Of a stretch of 64,000 nt of DNA, positions 46,061 to 58,446 are shown one piece after another. Origin of the DNA: an uncultured Gammaproteobacteria bacterium. GTDB lineage: Bacteria; Patescibacteriota; Patescibacteriia; Magasanikbacterales; GWA2-37-8. Both the position numbers and the translations under genes were made by a program. Location: NCBI GenBank assembly GCA_964510885.1, contig CAZEDL010000001.1, positions 64,684 to 128,683 on the forward strand. The letters are read 5' to 3'. A model generated the notes under the pieces. It was not told where the DNA came from, made no database searches, and saw nothing but the letters and a program-made list of their open reading frames with translations. The stretch's first letter is position 1. Every line of letters starts with the position of its first letter.

Positions 46061-46843
46061 ATGGCCCTTCATATTCCTACCCTCGCGCCTGAAGCACTAT
46101 TTCATATTGGCCCGGTCACTATTACCAACACTCTAGTGAATGCTTGGCTCGCCCTACTCATCCTGCTTGCTGTTGGGCTCTACCTTCGTAAACAGATCAG
46201 CCTTCGCCCTGGCAAAGTCCAGAACACAGTGGAATTTTTTCTTGATATTTTACTTGGTTACTTTGATCAAGTTACCGGCGACCGTAAAAAAACGTTAAGT
46301 TTTTTGCCAGTCGTTGGTCCTATCTTCTTTTTCATCCTGCTATCAAACTGGCTCGGACTGCTCCCTGGCACCGGCAGTATTACGGTTGGCCATAATTTCT
46401 TACTGCGTCCTGCCAATACCGACCTCAACCTCACTATAGCCATGGCATTGGTCACAGTAGTTTCTTCACACTTATTTGGTTTTTTTACCGTCGGCTTCTT
46501 TACCCACGTCAATAAATTCATTCAGGTAAAATCTCTGCTTAAGAGCTTTAAAAAAGGCCCTATCGGAATTTTTCAAGGCGTGGTTGAATTTGCTGTTGGT
46601 TTGATCGAAGTTGTCAGCGAGCTGTCCAAAGTCTTATCACTGTCACTGCGTTTATTTGGTAATATTTTTGCCGGTGAAGTTCTGCTAACTGTTATTTATA
46701 GCATCGTGGCTATTGCAGTGCCCACCCCCTTTATGCTGCTCGAATTACTCGTTGGCCTTATCCAGGCCAGCGTGTTTGCTATTTTAGCCCTGGTGTATAT
46801 GACGGTCGCCTCGGCCGCCCCGCATGGGGACGAAGCTCATTAA
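46061..46843 (+). CDS. atpB: ATP synthase subunit a
   Basis: NWLGLLPG, SLSLRLFGNIFAGE, IQASVF. Confidence 0.95.
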   Translation: MALHIPTLAPEALFHIGPVTITNTLVNAWLALLILLAVGLYLRKQISLRPGKVQNTVEFFLDILLGYFDQVTGDRKKTLSFLPVVGPIFFFILLSNWLGLLPGTGSITVGHNFLLRPANTDLNLTIAMALVTVVSSHLFGFFTVGFFTHVNKFIQVKSLLKSFKKGPIGIFQGVVEFAVGLIEVVSELSKVLSLSLRLFGNIFAGEVLLTVIYSIVAIAVPTPFMLLELLVGLIQASVFAILALVYMTVASAAPHGDEAH

Positions 46844-46904
46844 TTAGCTTCTTCGATTTAGTATCGTGTCGACCATTCTAAATCGATATGTTAATTAAAG
46901 GTGA

Positions 46905-47219
<315 letters not shown>

Positions 47220-47289
47220 AGACCAATCGATCGGATATGGATAGGGCCATGTCCGATTATCTTGGATTATTTAAGTTTACGATAGTAGT

Positions 47290-47928
47290 ATGACATTAAA
47301 TATTTTTGATACCGCCCACGCCATGACCGCGCCTGTTTCCAAAGAGTCTCTTCCGGCCGAACACACCGCGCCTGCCGGAGAGCACAGTGCAGTTACCACG
47401 CATGGAACTGCTCCTGCAGAAACCGGTCTGTTAGCCTCACTTGGAATTAACCCTAGCCTATTTGCCTTCCAGCTGATCAACTTTTTGATTGTTATCGGCA
47501 TTGTCTGGTTTGTTATCTTGAAGCCATTAACAACCAAGATGACCGACCGTCAAAAAATGATCGATGACAGCCTAGATCAAGCGGAAAAAATCAAAGACCG
47601 CCTCGTTAAAAGCGATCAAGAATATCAGGTCAAAATGGATCAGGCAAAAGTTGAAGCCAATAAAATCCTAGAAAAAGCAACCAGCGAAGCCGATGCTACA
47701 GCTGCCGCGCTTAAAGTTAAGGCCAAAAAAGATATTGAAGCGCTTATCGATCAGGCCAAACGAAATTTGCAAATTGAACGCGATGATATGATGGCTGGCA
47801 TTAAAAAGGAAGCGGCAGATTTAGTGGTAATGGCCTTGGAGAAAATTCTGATTGAAAAAAATACTAGCACCGAAGACAAAAGAAATATTGAAACAATGCT
47901 GAAACAAATCTCGTATGAAAGCAAATAG
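47290..47928 (+). CDS. atpF: ATP synthase subunit b
   Basis: LGIN, QLINFLI TM, KPL...RQKMI, long charged helix. Confidence 0.92.
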   Translation: MTLNIFDTAHAMTAPVSKESLPAEHTAPAGEHSAVTTHGTAPAETGLLASLGINPSLFAFQLINFLIVIGIVWFVILKPLTTKMTDRQKMIDDSLDQAEKIKDRLVKSDQEYQVKMDQAKVEANKILEKATSEADATAAALKVKAKKDIEALIDQAKRNLQIERDDMMAGIKKEAADLVVMALEKILIEKNTSTEDKRNIETMLKQISYESK

Positions 47929-48298
47929 TTCTGTACAATACGCCCACGCCTTGTACGAGCTAAGTCAAAAGACTAGCGACAGTGCAATCTTGGTGGCCAA
48001 TCTTGTCAGCAGCCTGAGGAGTAAACATGCCCTGAACCTTCTACCCAAGATTTTAAAAGAATTCGAGGCCTACGCTGCCAAACGAGATGGAATCATCGCC
48101 TTGAAAGTAGAGAGCGCGAACCCGCTTACCGCCGACATGACAGCAGAAATCAATCGCATCTTCGGGGGCAAAACGGCCATCACCGCCACCACCGATGAAA
48201 GTCTGATCGGAGGGGTAATAGTTAAAACCGACGACATGATCTTTGACGGCAGCATCAAAAAACAGTTAACTCGCCTCAAACATAAATTGGCCGCCTAA
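47915..48298 (+). CDS. atpH: ATP synthase subunit delta (short form)
   Basis: YAHAL, DESLIGG, DGSIK. Confidence 0.88.
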   Translation: MKANSSVQYAHALYELSQKTSDSAILVANLVSSLRSKHALNLLPKILKEFEAYAAKRDGIIALKVESANPLTADMTAEINRIFGGKTAITATTDESLIGGVIVKTDDMIFDGSIKKQLTRLKHKLAA

Positions 48299-48324
48299 CC
48301 CTTAGCCATTGAAACTTATATTGT

Positions 48325-49827
48325 ATGTCAACTAACTCCATAATCGCTGAACTCAAAAAAAATATTGCTTCGTTTGAAAAGCAAGTTGAAGTCGAAGAAG
48401 TCGGCACCGTGCTTGAAGTCGGTGACGGTATTGCGCGCCTCAGTGGATTATCTAATTGCCAGGCCAATGAAATGTTAGAATTTGTAGCCGCAGGCAAAGG
48501 TGACTCCACCTACGGGGTAGCCCTTAACCTTGAAGAAGAAACTATCGGCGCAGTGCTACTCGGAGAGTACCGCCATATCAAACAAGGCGACTCAGTAAAG
48601 CGCACTGGTCGTATTTTATCCGTCCCGGTTGGCGAACAACTCATTGGCCGCGTGGTTAATCCACTTGGAGAAATCATCGATGGGGGGGCTAAAATTAATA
48701 CCAAAACTTTCTACCCAATCGAAAAAATCGCTCCAGGCGTCATGAGCCGCGAGCCAGTCAACCAGCCGGTACAAACCGGTATCAAAGCCATCGATGCTAT
48801 GATCCCCATTGGTCGTGGTCAGCGCGAGCTGATTATCGGCGACCGCCAAACCGGTAAAACAGCCGTGGCTATTGATACGATTATCAATCAAAAAGGCCAA
48901 GACATGATCTGTGTCTATGTTGGTATTGGCCAGAAAGAATCGAAAATTGCCCGCATCGTGGCCAAATTAAAAGAAGCGGGCGCCATGGAATACACCGTAG
49001 TGGTTAGTGCCGGAGCATCTGACCCTGCTTCACTTTTGTATATCGCCCCCTACGCCGGCGTTGCCATTGCCGAATACTTCATGGACAAAGGCAAGGATGT
49101 ACTCGTTATTTACGACGACCTATCTAAACAAGCCTGGGCATACCGCGAAATCTCACTCTTGCTCCGCCGCCCGCCGGGCCGCGAAGCCTACCCTGGCGAC
49201 GTATTCTACTTGCACTCTCGTCTCCTCGAGCGTGCCTGCCGCCGCAACAAAGAAGCTGGTGGCGGCTCTATCACCGCCTTGCCAATCATCGAAACCCAGG
49301 CTGGTGATATTTCAGCCTATATCCCAACCAACGTTATTTCCATCACCGACGGTCAAATCTTCCTTGAAAGTGACTTGTTCTTTCGCGGCATTCGTCCGGC
49401 TTTGAACGTGGGTATTTCAGTCTCACGCGTCGGCTCAAGCGCCCAAACCAAACCAATGAAAAAAGTCGCCGGTAAAATGAAACTCAGCATGGCCCAATTC
49501 CGTGAACTCGAAGCCTTTGCCCAATTTGCCAGCGACCTCGACGCCGATACCAAAAAACAAATTGACCTTGGTCAGCGCCTCATGGAAATCCTGAAGCAAC
49601 CACAATATCAACCATTGCCAGTAGCTAACCAAGTGGCGATTATTTATGCTATCAGTAATGGTTACGCGAATGACGTGGCGGTGAAAGATGTTCGCGCCTG
49701 GGAAACCAAGTTGCACGAATTTTTGAATCACAGTAAACCAACGCTACTTAATAAAATCAGTGACGGCGGCTGGGACGAATCAATCGAAACCGAATTAAAA
49801 GAAGCTATCACTGAATTTAAAAAATAA
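48325..49827 (+). CDS. atpA: ATP synthase subunit alpha
   Basis: [30 protein letters not shown]. Confidence 0.98.
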   Translation: MSTNSIIAELKKNIASFEKQVEVEEVGTVLEVGDGIARLSGLSNCQANEMLEFVAAGKGDSTYGVALNLEEETIGAVLLGEYRHIKQGDSVKRTGRILSVPVGEQLIGRVVNPLGEIIDGGAKINTKTFYPIEKIAPGVMSREPVNQPVQTGIKAIDAMIPIGRGQRELIIGDRQTGKTAVAIDTIINQKGQDMICVYVGIGQKESKIARIVAKLKEAGAMEYTVVVSAGASDPASLLYIAPYAGVAIAEYFMDKGKDVLVIYDDLSKQAWAYREISLLLRRPPGREAYPGDVFYLHSRLLERACRRNKEAGGGSITALPIIETQAGDISAYIPTNVISITDGQIFLESDLFFRGIRPALNVGISVSRVGSSAQTKPMKKVAGKMKLSMAQFRELEAFAQFASDLDADTKKQIDLGQRLMEILKQPQYQPLPVANQVAIIYAISNGYANDVAVKDVRAWETKLHEFLNHSKPTLLNKISDGGWDESIETELKEAITEFKK

Positions 49828-49829
49828 CC

Positions 49830-50267
49830 ATGATTACTTTAGATCAAATCGAACAGGAAGCTGAAAAATTCTGTCGAGCTGTTAAATATTCAGTTGAGCA
49901 CCTTGAAGATATAAACGACGGAACTATGGCTCTGCTTAATTCACAGATGGATGCTTTAGACGAATTAGCTGGCCAATTTGACGATCAAGAAGGTTGGGGT
50001 GAAGCCGCAAAAAAAGGTTGGAATATTATAAATGAAGCCAGAGATGAATTCCACACCGCCTTTCCCAAAGAAAAAGAAACCTTTGAAAGAAGGATGGAAA
50101 AAGAAGAAAGAGGCAGTAAAAACTTTTTTTCTGATCTGCAAAGAGACTTGCTTCAAGGTATGAGAAACGATAGGTACAATGATGAAGCAGGGAATATTTC
50201 GCCACGAAGACTAGAAAAATACGGTGAAGATAAAAAATTCGGCCCACCTCCAGGGTTAAAAAGATAA
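49830..50267 (+). CDS. Acidic helical hypothetical protein between atpA and atpG
   Basis: Same strand; 2-nt and 7-nt gaps to its neighbours. Confidence 0.7.
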   Translation: MITLDQIEQEAEKFCRAVKYSVEHLEDINDGTMALLNSQMDALDELAGQFDDQEGWGEAAKKGWNIINEARDEFHTAFPKEKETFERRMEKEERGSKNFFSDLQRDLLQGMRNDRYNDEAGNISPRRLEKYGEDKKFGPPPGLKR

Positions 50268-50274
50268 CTGCAGT

Positions 50275-51162
50275 ATGGCTCTAAGCACCAAAACCATTCG
50301 TCGCCGCATCAAATCCATCAGCAATACCAAGAAAATTACCAAAGCGATGGAGATGATTAGCGCTGTCAAAATGCGTCGCGCCGTAGCGAACACCTTATCA
50401 AGCCGGAGTTATGCCGATCTCGCTTCTGAAATGCTTCACAGCATCGCCGAACAAACCAACGTTAAAAAGCATCCACTACTAGCTCACCGCCCCGCCAAGC
50501 ATATCGCTTTAATTTTTATTACAAGTAATCGCGGTCTGGCCGGCGGCTTCAATTCCAAGCTTCTCCAGGAAGTACACCGCTACATCCTGCGCATGAAAGC
50601 CGAACACAATGCCGCGGTTGATGTCATTTTACTTGGAAAAAAAGGCCGCAAAATTTATCAAAACTTTGGACACACCATCGTATCCGAATTCGAAAAAATT
50701 GATGTTACTACCAAGATCGAAGAAATCCTCCCGATCGCCACGCTGATGAGTCAAGAATTTATTAGCAAAAAATATGATCGAATTGCAGTTGCTTTTACCG
50801 ATTTTGTTTCAGCCTTGCAGCAAATTCCTAAAATAAAAGTGATCCTGCCTCTGAAGCCAGAAGATATGGCAGTTGGCGTTAAAGCCAAAGCATATGCCCC
50901 AATCAACAACCTAACTTTTGAACCAAATACCACCGATGTATTAAACAAGTTGCTACCCCGCCTTATTGAAATGCAATTATACCAAGCTGTGCTAGAATCA
51001 GACGCCTCCGAACACAGTGCTCGCATGATGGCCATGAGAAGCGCAACTGACGCTGCCAAAGATATGATTAAAGACCTACAAACCAGCTTTAATAATGCCC
51101 GCCAAGCCGGTATTACCAAAGAAATTGCCGAAGTAATCGGTGGCGCGGCTGCTTTAGAATAA
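50275..51162 (+). CDS. atpG: ATP synthase subunit gamma
   Basis: KITKAMEMISA, SNRGLAGGFN, SEHSARM.AM..AT, RQAGITKEIAE. Confidence 0.97.
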   Translation: MALSTKTIRRRIKSISNTKKITKAMEMISAVKMRRAVANTLSSRSYADLASEMLHSIAEQTNVKKHPLLAHRPAKHIALIFITSNRGLAGGFNSKLLQEVHRYILRMKAEHNAAVDVILLGKKGRKIYQNFGHTIVSEFEKIDVTTKIEEILPIATLMSQEFISKKYDRIAVAFTDFVSALQQIPKIKVILPLKPEDMAVGVKAKAYAPINNLTFEPNTTDVLNKLLPRLIEMQLYQAVLESDASEHSARMMAMRSATDAAKDMIKDLQTSFNNARQAGITKEIAEVIGGAAALE

Positions 51163-51165
51163 AAT

Positions 51166-51804
51166 ATGACAAGCAAATATTCATTTTTTGGTGCCTTGGT
51201 ATTGCTAGTTTTGTTTGGATTTGGCTGCAGCCAAGCTGAGCCAAACACCACGGCCACACCAGACGAAGTCACCTCAGAGACACCTACAGCTCCAGAAACT
51301 ACACCAATTGACGCTCCAAATAACACCAGTGAAATTTCGGCTATTTTTAACAAAGTCGAAGCCCCATTTACATTTGAATACCCGAGTAATTGGAAGGACA
51401 ATAGCTACGAAGCTGCGGAACAAGGGCAAATTTGGCATTTTACTGACGATACCTCTATCCCTGTCATGGGCGTTGTCATTCCACCAAAAAAAATCGGCAA
51501 TTTGTATGACCCAGGACAATTTGATACTTGCGATAGTTTCCCAAGTAAAAAAGACCTGGACATAATATTTAATCCAACCGAAAAAAATCCAGATAAACAG
51601 ATAATCGGCCAGGCCTGCCGCCGGTGCGACGTAAGCGACCCCGAGTGCAAGACACCGCTTGGAGATGTGCCAGATTTAGCCTATATCCGATGGTGGGGTG
51701 GATCGGATCACAAAACCATGAATCTTATACTTTTTAACTCCCAGATTCCAAATTTAATTGAGCTAATAAAGAAGATTGGGCCAACTATAGAGTCTAAAAA
51801 ATAA
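51166..51804 (+). CDS. Exported/lipoprotein-like hypothetical protein between atpG and atpD
   Basis: LFGFGC signal region, Thr/Pro linker, FTFEYPSNW motif. Confidence 0.7.
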   Translation: MTSKYSFFGALVLLVLFGFGCSQAEPNTTATPDEVTSETPTAPETTPIDAPNNTSEISAIFNKVEAPFTFEYPSNWKDNSYEAAEQGQIWHFTDDTSIPVMGVVIPPKKIGNLYDPGQFDTCDSFPSKKDLDIIFNPTEKNPDKQIIGQACRRCDVSDPECKTPLGDVPDLAYIRWWGGSDHKTMNLILFNSQIPNLIELIKKIGPTIESKK

Positions 51805-51814
51805 CTCCGATTAA

Positions 51815-53191
<1,377 letters not shown>

Positions 53192-53192
53192 T

Positions 53193-53498
53193 ATGGAATC
53201 CTTTAAATCCGACGAGATCCACAAAACACATGCAGCTGGTGAATTAAGAAAATTCCTTCTATCTGAAGGCATGGTTGATAAAAAAACTGGCGAAATTAAT
53301 ATTGATCACTTTAAAAAATTGCATGAGGAAATATTTACCCTCCCGGGAATCGACAGCATAGCTGAGGATGACGTGCTTCTACAGTCAATGCTTGAGAAAG
53401 TTGCCACAGATCTAGCACTTAAAGCGGAGCATCAAAAAAGCTTTGTAGCGCAAGCTACGCATAGTATCCGAAAAATGCTGCTTAACGAACCGTTATGA
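53193..53498 (+). CDS. Hypothetical protein between atpD and atpC
   Basis: Starts 1 nt after the atpD stop; ATGA overlap with atpC. Confidence 0.65.
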   Translation: MESFKSDEIHKTHAAGELRKFLLSEGMVDKKTGEINIDHFKKLHEEIFTLPGIDSIAEDDVLLQSMLEKVATDLALKAEHQKSFVAQATHSIRKMLLNEPL

Positions 53499-53911
53499 TT
53501 CACTTCAAAATTATCACCCCAGAAAAAGTAATTTTTGCCTCTGAAGTTGACCAGGTAAGCCTTATGACTGCGACCGGTGAAATTACCATTTTGCCTCATC
53601 ACATTCCACTAGTCACCCTGCTTGAACCAGGAGAATTGCGTTATAAAAAGAATGGACAAGAATTTCCATTGGCAGTATCGGGTGGGTTTGCTGAAGTAAA
53701 GGCTGACAATAGCTTGTTCATTCTAGCTGACACCGCTGAACATGCAGCTGAAATTGATTTAGACCGTGCAAAAGCCGCTCATCACAAAGCCTTACAAACC
53801 ATGCAATCAGCCAGGGTCTCCGATGATACTAGTTACGCAGCTATGCAATCTGCACTTGAACGCGCCCTCAACCGCGTTAAAGTAGGCAATAAATATCGCC
53901 GTCTTCCATAA
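53495..53911 (+). CDS. atpC: ATP synthase subunit epsilon
   Basis: IITPEK, GEITILPHHIPL, VSGGFAEV, ILADTAE...EIDL. Confidence 0.95.
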   Translation: MIHFKIITPEKVIFASEVDQVSLMTATGEITILPHHIPLVTLLEPGELRYKKNGQEFPLAVSGGFAEVKADNSLFILADTAEHAAEIDLDRAKAAHHKALQTMQSARVSDDTSYAAMQSALERALNRVKVGNKYRRLP

Positions 53912-53917
53912 TCTAGT

Positions 53918-54922
53918 ATGAACGAAATACACCGGACCTTTCTAGATGAAAAAGAAAGCAAGTTGCCAAACGATACTCTGCCGCGAATGCCTGCTGAATA
54001 TCTGTATGGACATGGCATGAAGGAATTTTGGAACAAAGATGCTTCATTGGCTTCCTATCGTGCTTTCTACGACAAGTTGATCGATCAGGCTGGCCCAGAA
54101 ATTGCTGAAACCATAAAACTTCAAATCAATTCACACATTTCTGAAAATAATAAATTACTGCTTACCGCCATCGGCGGCGGTGATTTTTATGTAGAGCGAC
54201 GCTATATTAATTTGTTACTTGATGCTGGAATCAACATTCCTCTCGTCAGGCCGCACGAAATTGAATACGAAGATATCCTCGCTCAAAGCAAAAGATTAAG
54301 AAATGATTTGCCGGATACCACTGAAATTAGTCCATTACATGGCGATTTTAGTGATCTAAACATAGCACACCCTCCTGGACACGAGTCTATCGAACAATAT
54401 ACCGGGCTTACGACTATAGTTGGAGCGGCACTTTCAAACCAAAGAGATCCTGAAACATGGATCAAGCAGCTGTCTGAACAGTTGCCAGAGAACGACCTCG
54501 TGTTATGCGATTTTGGTTTACCTGCCGCCAACCCTTCAGTAGAGGACGGTCGATATAAAAGCCCGAATGGCTGCACCTCTCCCATCGAAGAACAGTGGTT
54601 TACAAATGCGTTTGTCGGGTATCTTGTCGAGACCCGCACAGCCCCGGGTCCGATTGGCGAAGTTTCCATCCGCCGCCAAATTGAACCATTGCCGGATAAT
54701 ATCGGGTACTCAATTGTAATTGTAGGAGAAGAAACGAAAGAAGATGGCTCAACGAAAAGCATGGAACTGCATCGCTACACCCGCTTTGATCCTAGTTATC
54801 TTGGAGAACTATTCAAAAAGCACGGTTTTGATACGGTAAACAGTTGGACCGTTGGCTACGGCGCGATGCTGTTCAAAAAAATGAATTCGAAAGATTCCGA
54901 TAGTAACAGCCGACAAAGTTAA
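53918..54922 (+). CDS. SAM-dependent methyltransferase, EgtD-like family
   Basis: PAEYLY, AIGGGD, LHGDF, GAALSN, LVLCDF appear in EgtD-like order. Confidence 0.5.
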   Translation: MNEIHRTFLDEKESKLPNDTLPRMPAEYLYGHGMKEFWNKDASLASYRAFYDKLIDQAGPEIAETIKLQINSHISENNKLLLTAIGGGDFYVERRYINLLLDAGINIPLVRPHEIEYEDILAQSKRLRNDLPDTTEISPLHGDFSDLNIAHPPGHESIEQYTGLTTIVGAALSNQRDPETWIKQLSEQLPENDLVLCDFGLPAANPSVEDGRYKSPNGCTSPIEEQWFTNAFVGYLVETRTAPGPIGEVSIRRQIEPLPDNIGYSIVIVGEETKEDGSTKSMELHRYTRFDPSYLGELFKKHGFDTVNSWTVGYGAMLFKKMNSKDSDSNSRQS

Positions 54923-55003
54923 CTAAGGCAAGTGTAACAAGAACCCCCTAAACACGTCTTCTATATATCACGCCAGCTTGTCGGCGCGATTTTTGGCTTT
55001 TCT

Positions 55004-56764
55004 ATGAAAGAAAGTACTAAAACAACTCTCTCAATATATTGGTCCGAAGGCCGTAAACAATGGTGGTATGTGCTCACCATTGTTTTTAGCGTCATGGCAG
55101 CCTCGGGCTTACGCGTAATTATCCCTTTATACTTCAAGGATTTTTTTGACATTCTTGGGAATCAGTCCGCCTCTCAGGCAGGTGCAGCTGAGCTCGTCAG
55201 TCTACTTGGCAAGATAGCCATACTAGAATTTATTAGCTTTGGGGCGTGGCGCATTACCTTTCAGGCGTCGACTAATTTTCAGAGTCAAGCTCTCGTAAAC
55301 CTGGCTGCCCGTTGCTTTAATTACCTGCATCGACATTCTTTTTCTTTCTTCAATAACAACTTTGTCGGGTCACTGGTAAAGCGAGTGAACTGGTTTACCA
55401 AAGCTTTTGAAAGTATTTGCGATCGCATCGTTTTCGACTTTTTACCCTTGGGCGTTGACCTGGCGATTATCTTGTTTATTTTGTTTCAGAAACAATTGTA
55501 CCTTGGTATTGGTGTGCTTATCTGGACAATTCTATTTCTGACCATAAACTGGATCTTTACCGCGTACAAATTGAAATACGATTTACAGCGTAATGAGGCT
55601 GAAACCAAAGTCACCGGCATCCTAGCCGACACCATTACCAACCATAGCAATGTTAAGCTGTTCAATGGCTACCAGCGCGAGATTGCCCGCTACAGCGATG
55701 CCAACGCCATAGTAAAACGCATCCGCCGGTTCACCTGGACGCTCGATAATATCTTTGATGCCGTGCAAGGCTTGTTGGTAGTCGCGCTTGAACTCGGGCT
55801 GTTATATGGAGCAGTAAAATTATGGCAAATTGGCCAAGTGACCATCGGGGATTTTGTTTTACTGCAATCCTACGCCATAATCTTGTTCGATAAAGTCTGG
55901 AATTTCGGCAAAGTTATTCGCCGCACCTACTCCGACCTGGCGGATGCAGACGAAATGACCACAATTTTGCTGACGCCACATGAAATTAAAGACAGCCCTA
56001 CTGCTAAAACTCTAATTGTCAAAGACGGTACTATCGAATTCAAAAAAGTAGATTTCTACTACCACGAAACCCGTAAGATCTTCTCCAAATTCAACCTATT
56101 AATTGCCAGTAAAGAAAAAGTGGCACTGGTTGGCCCCTCAGGCGCTGGCAAATCAACGGTCGTTAAATTACTACAGCGCATTCACGAATTAAGCGGGGGA
56201 AAAATTCTGATCGATGGCCAAAAAATAACTGATGTAACCCAAGAAAGCCTGTGGGAAGCCATTAGCCTTGTGCCTCAAGAACCAGTTTTGTTTCACCGCA
56301 GTTTGCTCGAAAATATTCGGTATGGAAAACCCACAGCAACTGATGACGAAGTAATCGCGGCTGCCAGACAGGCTCATTGCCACGAATTTATTTCTGGATT
56401 CCCGGATCAGTACAATACCTTTGTCGGCGAACGCGGAGTGAAGCTCTCGGGCGGAGAACGCCAGCGTGTCGCAATTGCGAGAGCCATTCTGCGCAATGCG
56501 CCAATTCTAATTCTCGACGAGGCCACGTCAAGTCTTGATTCTGAATCGGAAACCTTGATTCAGGACGCGCTAAATACACTAATGGCCAATAAAACGGTAA
56601 TTGTTATCGCCCACCGACTGTCGACTATCATGAAGATGGACCGAATCATGGTGATAGACCATGGCGAGCTGATTGAAACTGGTACCCATGTCGAACTACT
56701 CGGGAACGAGGCCGGGCTCTACCATTCACTCTGGAAATTACAGGCAGGGGGATTTATCGCTTAA
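55004..56764 (+). CDS. ABC exporter, fused permease/ATPase
   Basis: TM half; GPSGAGKS, LSGGERQR, ILDEATSSLD, IAHRLST. Confidence 0.93.
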   Translation: MKESTKTTLSIYWSEGRKQWWYVLTIVFSVMAASGLRVIIPLYFKDFFDILGNQSASQAGAAELVSLLGKIAILEFISFGAWRITFQASTNFQSQALVNLAARCFNYLHRHSFSFFNNNFVGSLVKRVNWFTKAFESICDRIVFDFLPLGVDLAIILFILFQKQLYLGIGVLIWTILFLTINWIFTAYKLKYDLQRNEAETKVTGILADTITNHSNVKLFNGYQREIARYSDANAIVKRIRRFTWTLDNIFDAVQGLLVVALELGLLYGAVKLWQIGQVTIGDFVLLQSYAIILFDKVWNFGKVIRRTYSDLADADEMTTILLTPHEIKDSPTAKTLIVKDGTIEFKKVDFYYHETRKIFSKFNLLIASKEKVALVGPSGAGKSTVVKLLQRIHELSGGKILIDGQKITDVTQESLWEAISLVPQEPVLFHRSLLENIRYGKPTATDDEVIAAARQAHCHEFISGFPDQYNTFVGERGVKLSGGERQRVAIARAILRNAPILILDEATSSLDSESETLIQDALNTLMANKTVIVIAHRLSTIMKMDRIMVIDHGELIETGTHVELLGNEAGLYHSLWKLQAGGFIA

Positions 56765-56810
56765 CAAGCGGCTAGACAAAAACCATAAAAAAGGCTACTA
56801 TTAGCCAATT

Positions 56811-58445
56811 ATGGACTACGTTGCCAATTATCTGCAAAAAATCTCCTCTGCCTTTCAGGGCAGCGGCTCTATTCGTATCTCCACGTTTGTTGAAGATCAT
56901 TTAAGGATGCAACCGCTTCTTCATCTGCTGGCTCAAGAACCAGACCCAGACATGTCGGCTCTGATCTATTCGCTATTACGCTTGCCGCCAGAAATCCTCT
57001 CCGTCAAAAACATTATCATGGGCCAATCCGACCGGGTATTTGATGCGGCCGAGCATTCAATTACCGGCCCAGATTGGAAGGTTACCAAAGCCATCGCCCG
57101 CACTCGTCGTTGTCACTACAACGCCAGCACGAGTACGCTGGCGGTGTGCGCCACCAGCCTGTCTGATATCCACGATCTCGTCACCATGCTGACAGCGCTA
57201 TATATTGAATTTAATAAATTAAATCAGGCACTTAGCAAAAACAACCTGCGTGATCTTTCGGCCTGCTTTACTCCAGCCGATTGGAAAAAACTCACGGAAC
57301 TGCTCGGTGAACGTTTGCCTGATTTTATTGCGGCCGCTAAAACTCCCACTAATTACGAGCTAACCCTGCTGTCTGGTTCTAATCTTGAATATACCAAAGC
57401 GGTGCAAGAATGGTGGATCAACATCGCCTCGAGCCGTAAAAAATATCACTTTAACATCTACAACCAGCCAGTCTACTTCGTTTCATCTAACTCGCATTCA
57501 CTCATCAATTTATTATCTGGTTTCCCATATTTCAAGCGGTCGCTCTTGCGCCAGGTTGAAAATGAACGTTTGAATAAAAATACAGACGAGTTCAAAGCCG
57601 AACAAGTAACCGAGGAAAATATTTGCTATTATCTATCTCGCTTTGCCGAAGCCAAAGATAAATCATATCGCAAAGCCAAGATTTCTTACGAAGAAAAATG
57701 TGGCCTGATCCGCCTGCCAGCCTACGAAAACATTGATATTGATGCCCAAATTTTTTCTATCAAAGATTTTGTGCGAAACGCCGAGATAGATCGACGGTTG
57801 CAACTTAAGCCTGAACAAAAATTACGCCTGTTAAAAAGCAACGCTTTGATTTTTAATATTGCCTATCCGCTTGGCCTTAACGCTTATAATATCCTAAAAG
57901 AAGTCAGCGAAAATGTAACTGCTGTCAGAGGCGTCTACATCATGGGTAAAGCCGCATCGCTAAATGCTGGCATTGGTGATATTACCATACCGCAATTCGT
58001 TCTAAACAAGCATACTAATAATCAAATTTTCTTACACAACACCTTTAACGTAGAAGATTTTCAGCCTTACTTCCCAAAAAACTCTATCTTCTCAGAACAA
58101 AAAGCTGTTACCGTCCCTGGCACATTTTTGCAAAATGAGGACACGCTCCAAGAGGATTATCAAAAAGGCTACAGCATTATTGAAATGGAAGCCGGCCCAT
58201 ACCTGGAGCGCGTGTACGAAATGCAATATCCTAATCGTTATCCGGTAAATGACACCTTTGTGCTGCGGCCCCGGTTCCGCCTCGGAGCTGCCTATTATGT
58301 ATCTGATACCCCGCAAAACAAAGGCGTTAATCTTGGCGCCAAACGCCTTACCTGGGAGGGGTTAAATGCCACTTATGCAATTAGCATCGGCATCTTAAAC
58401 GATATTATTAAAACTGAAGACCGGCTGCTCCGCCCGCACGACTAA
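56811..58445 (+). CDS. DUF6909-like protein with a nucleoside-phosphorylase-like C-terminal domain
   Basis: YFVSSNSHS, YPLG, IMGKAASLN..IGD, IEMEAGPYL, YYVSDTP. Confidence 0.6.
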   Translation: MDYVANYLQKISSAFQGSGSIRISTFVEDHLRMQPLLHLLAQEPDPDMSALIYSLLRLPPEILSVKNIIMGQSDRVFDAAEHSITGPDWKVTKAIARTRRCHYNASTSTLAVCATSLSDIHDLVTMLTALYIEFNKLNQALSKNNLRDLSACFTPADWKKLTELLGERLPDFIAAAKTPTNYELTLLSGSNLEYTKAVQEWWINIASSRKKYHFNIYNQPVYFVSSNSHSLINLLSGFPYFKRSLLRQVENERLNKNTDEFKAEQVTEENICYYLSRFAEAKDKSYRKAKISYEEKCGLIRLPAYENIDIDAQIFSIKDFVRNAEIDRRLQLKPEQKLRLLKSNALIFNIAYPLGLNAYNILKEVSENVTAVRGVYIMGKAASLNAGIGDITIPQFVLNKHTNNQIFLHNTFNVEDFQPYFPKNSIFSEQKAVTVPGTFLQNEDTLQEDYQKGYSIIEMEAGPYLERVYEMQYPNRYPVNDTFVLRPRFRLGAAYYVSDTPQNKGVNLGAKRLTWEGLNATYAISIGILNDIIKTEDRLLRPHD

Positions 58446-58446
58446 T

